From the NCBI RefSeq assembly GCF_009914755.1, contig NC_060929.1: a stretch of DNA of 64,000 nt, one strand, 5' to 3'. The notes below the pieces were generated by a model that did not search any database, was not told the origin of the DNA, and saw only the letters and a program-made list of their open reading frames with translations. The translations under genes were made by a program, and so were the position numbers. Each line of letters opens with the position of its first letter. The stretch's first letter is position 1. This DNA is from the human T2T-CHM13v2.0 reference genome, Homo sapiens. Below, piece after piece: positions 55,603 through 64,000 of this stretch.

Positions 55603-57169
55603 TTCCACCAGGCTTTCCTGAGCACCTACTATGTCCTGGACCCTGTAATAAAGACTAAGGGTCCAGAGGTAAACAAGAACAGTCCCTGCCCTGATACTGC
55701 TAATCATCTAACTGGGAAGACAGACAAGCCTCTATGTAATCACAACCCATGGTAAAAGGGGCATAGTAAAAGGATGCTACAAGGGGCACAGGTGGTCCAG
55801 AGGAAGGAGGGAATGCTGCTGCCTAGGGCAAAGTCATGGACAGCTTCTAGGAAAAGGTGCTGGTTAATTTGGGTTTTAATGGATGAATAGGAGTTTGCCA
55901 GGCAGACAGAGAGGAATGAGAACATTCCAGGCACAGGGAACAGCATATGCAAAGGTATGGAGGCCTGAAGTAGGAAACTACTAGAGCATAAAGTGCAAGA
56001 GGTTGATGGCGATACTCCCAGGTCCTACCTTTACCCCAAGCTTGGAAGGTGCCTAAATCGAGGGGGGCTGTGAACGCACGCCCCTGCCTCCATTTTCTCC
56101 TGAGCCTGAGTGGAGATAAAGAAACTGCTGATTCAAAGATGAATAGAAAGAACTCAGACTCCAGAGTAGATGGCCATGGCGTGAAACCTTTTACCCTGTG
56201 CAAACTGGGTCCATATTTTCCTCATCTGTGACATGGGGATGAGGTACTTGATTTGCTGAGAGTTAAACAAGACAAGTGAATAAAGGGCTGGGCACAGGCC
56301 TGGCTCACGGTAGGCACTCAATGCCAGGCTTCCTCGTTCTTGTCCCCACCCCACCCCCACTGCAGTGTGTAGCAAGCTGAGCCACCCAGGGAGGGTGGGA
56401 AGGAGACTCCCAGCAGCCTGCATGCCCAGCCCAGCAGAAGCCAGACCAGCTAAGCCAGACCAGCTAATCCAGCCCCAGCCTGTCCTTCCCCTGGCCCCAC
56501 CATGCCACTCTCCACACCCGGGAGTTCCCAGGTGGGCAGGTCATGGCAAATGAGATGCATACACATTGCTGAGGACAACTGAGTGACCTGTGTGCTCCAG
56601 CCTCTGCACACACGATTCCAGCCAAGGACACCTTTGCTGGATCTTATCACAGCCCATTTTATCACCTACTGTGCAGACAAAGAGGCCTTGTCCAAGGTCA
56701 CACAGTCAGGATCAGGATTGGTAGGGGCTCCAGGATTCCTTCTTTGTCTCCTGCACACGCAAGTGCATGTGTCTGTGTGGTCTGAGTCCCTCCAAGGGCC
56801 CCCCCCGACCTGCCTTTCTGGCCACCAGCCCCACCCCTAATTTCCTCCCTCACTCCTTCCACCCACGTCACAGTGAACCGCTTGCAGTCCCCAATGACTC
56901 TGCTTACTGTACACCCTGTGCCTTCTGCGGGCTATCCTCCACACCTGAAATGCTCTTCCTTAACCCTCACTCCTCTATTCACTCCTCTCCCATCTGCCAA
57001 ACTCCTACTCATCCTTCAGGGCCCAGCCCAATTGCCTCCTCCAAGAAGCCTTGCCCAACAGAGTCAGTCTTATCATCCTTTTTGATCATAGGGTATCTTG
57101 AAATCACAATGACCGAAGAGAGAACAGACTTTCAACTTTGATCCTCATTGTGTCTACTAATAACTTCTT

Positions 57170-57465
57170 TTTTTTTTTTTTTTTTTTTTTGAGTCTCACT
57201 CTGTCGCCCAGGCTGGAGTGCAGTAACGCGATCTTGGCTCACTGCAAGCTCCGCCTCCCGAGTTCATGCCGTTCTTCTGCCTCAGCCTCCCGAGTAGCTG
57301 GGACTACAGGCACCCGCCACCACACCCAGCTAATTTTTTGTGTTTTTAGTAGAGACGGGGTTTCACTGTGTTAGCCAGGATGGTCTCGATCTCCTGACCT
57401 CGTGATCTGCCTGCCTCAGCCTCCCAAAGTGCTGGGATTACAGGCGTGAGCCTCCGCACCTAGCC
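57170..57465 (-). mobile_element. AluY
   Basis: AluY diagnostics, long poly(T), perfect 15-bp TSD TACTAATAACTTCTT. Confidence 0.96.
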
Positions 57466-57749
57466 TACTAATAACTTCTTAATGAACAAATAAGAGAATT
57501 CATAAATCAACTACTTTGCCGTTGCATGCTTTTAAGAGCTGCGATTTTGTTTATTGATTTTTGTTGTTGTTGAGAGCAGAGTGTGGCACGCTGATGGGGT
57601 TGCCATGTGCAACCTCATAGAGTGTGCACTGCGCAATGCCTTGGGGTGCTGAGCACACAGGCAGTGATGTGAATTACACTGTCTGGAGATGGGCAACGCG
57701 CCAGCCCTGACCCTTGGCCATTCTGGAAATATTTGCAACTCATCAGGTG

Positions 57750-57965
57750 GTGGAGCAAAAGGGGCACAGGCATTGCATTCAGACTCACTTGGGTTCAAAT
57801 CCCAGTTTTGCCACTTCCCCACTGTGTGCTCCCAGACAAATGACTTAACCTCTCTGAACTTCTGTCGTAAAACGGGAACAGGCACCCACCTCACAGAGCT
57901 TCTGCTAGAGTTATATAAGTCAATAGAAAATGTCTAACATGTAGCAGGCCCACAATAAGTGTTCA
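57750..57965 (+). mobile_element. MIR SINE
   Basis: tgggttcaaatcccag..gccactt..tgacttaacctctctg. Confidence 0.8.
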
Positions 57966-58129
57966 TTCCCCTCCTTGAACATCTGGAATTCCTGCTCTTC
58001 TCCCCTAACTTCCAGATTGTTTGCATGTCTAGGATGCAAATGAGATATCCTAAGCCAGGCTCTTCCTAGACTGGCTGCAATACCTTTTTTGTCCTTGCTT
58101 CTATAAGCTTTGGCACTAGGTCCAGTTCT

Positions 58130-58790
58130 GACATGAATTAGTAAGGTCCTATTCCTCCAGGAATTTATCTCACTGGTGATCTCATATATGTGCAAGAGAA
58201 TGTGCACTGAAGTATCGTGAATAGAAGCCAAAGACTGGAAACAACCTCCGTGCCCATTAGAAGAAACAGATCAATGAATTACATGCATGCATGCAGTGGG
58301 TACCAGACAGTCGTAACAAAGAGACAGCTCTCCACATACTCACAGTAAGTCATCTCCCAGATAATGTAAGAGAAAAAGAAAGGTATGGGATAATTTGTTG
58401 CATTGAGCAGCTGGGGGTCAGGGTCTAACCACAGAACAGAGAAAAATGGCATGAGGGACTAATGCTCAGTTTACCCAAGGATGGCGCAGACCTGGAACCA
58501 TAGGGATGTAGAGGAGAGAAGTTAATTCCTTACACACCACAGATGCCGTGGGGCATTGAGACCTAGTTCTCTTGTGGAAGCCCCCTGAGAAAGCCTGGAC
58601 AGACCATCTCTGGAAGAACATGCAAGAAACTGATAACATCAGTTTCTGGAATAGAGAATGAGGTGACTGAGGGTAGGCTTGGAAAGAAGTCACTTGTCAC
58701 AGATCAGACCCTTGAGTAGTTTTAAGTATTTTGCTATGGATGTGATTTAATCTGTAAAAATGAAAGCAAACCATTTTAAATAAGGATTTT
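58130..58790 (+). mobile_element. Old L1ME 3' fragment
   Basis: ccaggaatttatc..aaagactggaaacaacc..gcccattag. Confidence 0.55.
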
Positions 58791-61008
58791 GTAAGGCCCA
58801 TATGTCTGAAATAATAATAACTTGCTGTTTGACCTTGGGTGGGACTCATAGGGACTCCATATCTCCATCTTTGAAATGAAAAGACCGTCTCAAGAAGAAA
58901 TGCAGGCTGCACATCAGAGACCCATTCCTGAGTCCCAGCACCCAGGGCTGTGGGCCTGGGCAGAACATTGCATTTCAGTGGGGCCAAACCAACCAAGGCA
59001 TGTTTGTCCTCAGAGGGAATGAGACATCAGCCATCCTGAGCCACTCCAGATTCAAGCACACGCTTCATGTCCCAATAACAGAAGCTTGTTGTTTACATCG
59101 TTTCCCAGGGAGCAGGATTACAGCAGCCCCTGGCTCAGGGGGCCTAATTTTAAACACTGGGTTCTGGGCAGACAGCATAAAAAGGCCAGACCCTGGCTAC
59201 CTATAAGACACAGGTACTAAAAAAAAAAAAGGTGACCCTGAGGGTAGATAACAGAAAAGAGAAAACAGTCTCTCCCTTCTACCTTTCTCCTCCCACAAAC
59301 TGACTTTTTCAGCAAGTACCTATCCTCCAGGAGCTCCAAGGAGCAGGAGACAGGCAGCTATCACTGCCTGGGGGGCAGTTCGCATTTTACCCAAAGTCTC
59401 AAAGCTGCCTGATCCTAAGAATGCCATCTGGGAGCATCAGTTCAAAACAGATCACTAGGCCCCAGACAGGTGGTTCTTAGGGATCTATTTGAATTTCCTG
59501 ATTATTTCATAATGTTTTTCATTTGTTTGATTGGTGAGTTTGCTTCACAGTTTGTTTAGATCAGAGTCCTAATGAGATCCAGACATGGTGACTGGTTGGC
59601 ATGTCTCCTAATCTGCTTTACTCTACAGATTCCCCCTCCCTGTATTTATTTATTTACTTGTTTAGTTCTTATTTGTCTGTCTTTTTTCTTGCATTTTATT
59701 TGTAGAAGAGACCAGCTGTTTATCTATAGAATGTCCCACATCTGAAGTATGCTGACTACATCCCTGTGGTGCTACTTAACATGTTCCTCTGTCCCCTGTA
59801 GCTTCTGTAACCTGGTTGAATCTAGGGACTTGTTCAGATTCAGGTTAGAGTTTTGGGCAAGACTGTTCCATGGGCGGTGCCACGTTCTGCCACCCACAGG
59901 CTCATACTACCTGCTTGTCTGTCTCTTTGTGATGTGAGCAGCTGTAGTTGCCCAATGCCTGGTTCCATTACCCCATCAGGAGTGGAACGATGACTTTCTC
60001 GTCTATCATCCCTTCTACATTTTTAAGCAGAAATAGAAACTTCCACTCATCAACCTTTTGATTACCTGGAGGTGCCATTTATACAGAAAGTGCAGAATTA
60101 ATTATTTAAATCCTTTTGGCAAAGTGAATATGAACTTGCAGTGGGAGTGGGCAGGTTCCTCTGAGCCGGTCTACACAGGTGTAAACTGGAGGTGCTGGTG
60201 ACCTCACAGCTTTATCCTGGTATCTGGGGAGAGCTCATCCTCTTAGCAAATGCTGTGTGCATATGCATGCTTTCCAGGGCACCTCACAAGGTTTTCCAGC
60301 CTCTTCCCTGGCCCCAGCCTCAGTCCCAAACCCACTGTTGAAAGACGGCCAATGCCCGTAGGACCCTCTCTAAGCAATGCACAAATTCTAAGCAAGACAC
60401 AAATCCAGTTCACCTCTGTGGCCCGGTCTGCAGATAAGAATGCTAATACCTCCCTCCCAGGGTGGCTGTGGGTACCAAATGAGATAAGGCAGAAGGGCCT
60501 GACACTTGGGGAAACCCAGTAAGAAGTCCTCCCTTTTCCCAGTCAGGAAGCATAGGGCTCTACGGCCCTCCCACCCTAAGGATCGTGCGCGCGCGCACAA
60601 ACACACACACACACACCGGGCATCAGTGCCTCCCAGCAGCCCCGGCAGCCAGCCGGGCAGCCCTATTGTTCAGCCACTTTCCCAGCCCGAAGGGGGCCGC
60701 TGGGAACGCGAGGAGGCCCCGGCCCTTCCTGCTCCGTCGCTGACGCGCGGCCTGCGGAAGGAACAGCGCGTCTCTTGGGGCCAAACGCATTCCATTCATG
60801 CCCCGGCGGGCAGCACGCACGTCCGCACCTCGGCTCCCAGCGCACAGGCTCACTGGCGATCCGGGCCCGACTTGCTTAGGGAGAGAGAGACTTGGATGGA
60901 GAAGTCAGATGAGCAGATCCCGCTTGATATCCCGAACCCTCCCTTCCGGGAGCCCTGCGAGGATGCGCGCATCAGCCCATTCTACGGCTAAGAAAAGTGG
61001 AGCGCAGA

Positions 61009-61312
<304 letters not shown>

Positions 61313-61670
61313 CTAAGCACCTGCTTTTCTCCTTTCATCCTCCTGACAACCTGGCCAAATACAGTGTCTTTCTAGGAAGTAACTGAATCCAGGTTTTCCT
61401 GGGTCCAAAGATATTATTTCTCCACACAGCACAATGGTGGACTCTGACACCATCACAGCAGAACTTAAATCCTGGCTTCATCACTCAGATAGCGGCCAGG
61501 CAAAGGCAAGTTGCAGCATTTCTCTGTGCCTCAGTTTCTTATGTGTAAAATGGATATGATAACGGTCCGTACTGATAGAGTTATTGTGAACATTCTAGAA
61601 AATGATACACGTAGTTCAAGCTATTGCTATAATTTAGCTTCTAGAACTTAAAAAGCTGTGAAATGGAGCC

Positions 61671-61776
61671 GGAGTGACCAACTGTCCCAGTCTGCTGGAG
61701 CCGAAAGCCCTGCATGCCGGAATTTCCATGCTAAAACCAAGACAGTCCCTGGCAAACCAAGACAGATGGTCACCCA
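61671..61776. mobile_element. MER94-like hAT-Blackjack MITE
   Basis: gtgaccaactgtcc...gctaaaacc..gacagtccc..ggcaaacc..ggtcaccc. Confidence 0.75.
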
Positions 61777-61791
61777 TAACAAAGCTGTTGG

Positions 61792-61937
61792 TTTTTTTGT
61801 TTGTTTTTATTTTGTTTTGTTTTTGAGACGGAGTCTCACTCTGTTGCCCATGCTGGAATGTGGTGTTATGATCTCGGCTCACTGCAACCTCCATCTCCCG
61901 GGTTCAAGCGATTCTCCCGCCTCAGCCTCCTGAGTAA
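61792..61937 (-). mobile_element. Alu right-arm fragment
   Basis: gagacggagtctcactctgttgccc..ctcagcctcctgagta. Confidence 0.9.
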
Positions 61938-62180
61938 CGAAGCTGTTTTTAAAAGTCCATGCTCCTCTCCAAAGGGCAGGACAATGGCTATTCATGCTCT
62001 CACTATTGAGATTTTCCCAGAATTCCTTGGGCCTCAAGCCCTTTGTCCTGCTCTCCCTGCTCCACCCTTGCTTAGCCAAAGGGAAACCAGACATTCTTGA
62101 CATGAAAATTTTCCACATCCTTCAGGGCAATCTTTTGGTGCCAGAAATAGTCAGTAGGATTTGGGAGTTAGCCCAGGCCA

Positions 62181-62190
62181 CTAAAAATAG
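62181..62190. promoter_or_regulatory. MEF2 consensus CTAAAAATAG
   Basis: Exact match next to a CpG-retaining, repeat-free patch (62200-62400). Confidence 0.4.
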
Positions 62191-62878
62191 CTTTCATTGC
62201 CCCCCGGAAGGCCTGCGCCATCTCGACTCCAGACGGCCTAATGAGCTGCCCGCCTGGGCCAGCGCCTTAAATGACCAAGAGCTCTGCTGGTCTGGCTGAT
62301 CAAGGGCGCAGAGGAGGTCAGCTCCCACTCAGCTTCCTCAAACCGCCTATCAGGCCAGGACCACCCGGGCCGCCCACCCAGAGACATCCCCTCCTCCACC
62401 CACTGGCATGCTTATGTCCTTGACTCAGGCAAGCACAGCACCATCACACGCGTCCACACCTGGACAATCACCCACAGCCTCACGGGTGTCTCTACAAACG
62501 GGAACACACAGCCACACCCTCTCTGCCTTCTATACACTTCAACACACCCAAAACAGCCACACACATGCGCTCATGGCTAGCATATCATTTTCACTATATA
62601 AATGTCAAGCTGTCCTCTGCATTCCTAACACAGTGGTTCCAAACTTTCCTATCTTTGCATCTATTCCTCCGCAACTCCCACTCCGTCCCAGGAAGATTTT
62701 TGTTAAATTTGCATTTTTCTATTGGGACCTGGAGCTTGAGAACAAGAAAACAAGAAGTTTGAATACACATTCTCAAAATATTTTCAAACTGTCTGCTGCT
62801 CCCCCGATCTGACATCTGTCCTCTACCTGCCTCCTATCAAGTCAACGAGAATCCAAGGCCAATAAAGAAGGAGGATCT

Positions 62879-63160
62879 GGCCAGGTGCGGTGGCTCACGT
62901 TTGTAATCCCAACACTTTGGGAGGCCAAGGCAGGTGAATCACCTGAAGTCAGGAGTTCGAGACTAGCCTGGCTAACACAGTGAAACCCCGTCTCTACTAA
63001 AAACACAAAAATTAGCTGGGCGTGGTGGCAGGCGCCTGTAATCCCAGCTACTCAGGAGGCTGAGGCAGGAGAATCACTTGAACCCGGGAGGCAGAGGTTG
63101 CAGTGAGCCGAGATCATGCCACTGTACTACAGCCTGGGCAACAGAGCAAGACTCTGCTTC
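62879..63160 (+). mobile_element. AluS
   Basis: Full dimer. Confidence 0.95.
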
Positions 63161-63432
63161 AAAAAAGAAAGGAAGGAAGGAAGGAAAGAAAAGAAAAGAA
63201 AGGAGGGAGGGAGGGAGGAAAGAGAAAGAAAGAAACAGAAAGAAAAAGAAAGAAAGAAAAGGAAGGAAAGAAAGCAAGAAAGAAAGAGAAAGAAAAGAAA
63301 GAAAGAAAGGAGGGAGGGAGGGAAGAAAGAGAGAAAGAAGGAAAGAAAGGAAGGAAGGAAGGAAGGAAAGAAAGAAAGGAAGGAAGGAAGGAAGGAAGGA
63401 AAGAAAGGAAAGAAAGAAAAGAAAAGAGAAAA
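63161..63432. repeat. Alu-tail-derived (GGAA/GAAA)n polypurine tract
   Basis: ~270 bp purine-only directly after the Alu. Confidence 0.96.
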
Positions 63433-64000
63433 TCCCTGGGGAGCACCCAGGGGGCTCCAGATCCTCAGCCCAGCCTTGCAGCTTGACCCTCACAGCCCGG
63501 TCTAGGAGGGAGAAGGTGGGAAGGTGCCCTGCCCAGGGTGAGGGGCCAGGGCTAGGAGGCCAAGACACCTGGAGGTCATTGCTACACACAGGAGCAGAAG
63601 CATTTGCTGGTGCTTCTACCTAGATTCAGCCCCAGGCTGCCTGCCTGCTCTCTGAAGGGGAAACAGAAGAGGAAGAAGAAGAGGTCTATACTGGAACTAG
63701 CCCGCAAAAATGTGGAGGCCACATCCTTGCCCTGCGGAAAAGCAGAGAAAGAAGAACTGCCTGCCAGGGTCTGACAAGACCCCAGCAGCAAGGCAGGAAG
63801 TGGGGTTCCCGTCAGGACCCTCCCACCCACATTCTGACCTGTGCCGGGAACTTTCCCTTCACTACACTTCAGCTCCCACTGGCAGGTGGTGTACACAGGG
63901 CACCTTCCTGTGCAGACAGTCCATGGTCCTGTTCATTCACTCATCCATTTATTCCAAAACACATTTCTTGAGCACCTGCTATGTTCTAGGCCTGGGCTGG

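Noticed and set aside
63074-63623. K/E/R-rich and F/L/S-rich ORFs (also 53130-53597)
   Set aside because: Translations of polypurine microsatellites plus Alu

Overview
Primate (almost certainly human) euchromatic genomic DNA, GC-rich and dense in Alu, MIR, L2, old L1, MaLR/ERV1 LTRs and hAT/Tigger relics. I find no convincing protein-coding exon; the listed ORFs are largely repeat-derived or chance ORFs. Bases 1 to ~3740 look like the distal end of a long + strand 3'UTR: repeat-poor, with a miRNA-seed-rich U/UG-rich end and a variant poly(A) signal. From memory only, and unverified, the layout resembles the NEURL1B 3'UTR followed by the NEURL1B-DUSP1 intergenic interval on 5q35.1. The rest is intergenic, with candidate regulatory elements: two co-oriented CTCF motifs, a CRE/AP-1/ETS cluster, a perfect DR5 RARE, an ISRE, MEF2 sites, a solo LTR8 and a small orphan CpG island at ~60.6-61.0 kb. 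The most unusual observations are a repeat-poor 7.7-10.3 kb block with gene-like splice sites, ISRE, Kozak ORF and AATAAA; a perfect 26-bp hairpin; an Alu-interrupted long foldback at 46.4-47.0 kb; a 150-bp local duplication; and an internally collapsed mini-Alu. All repeat subfamily calls are by eye and their boundaries are approximate.
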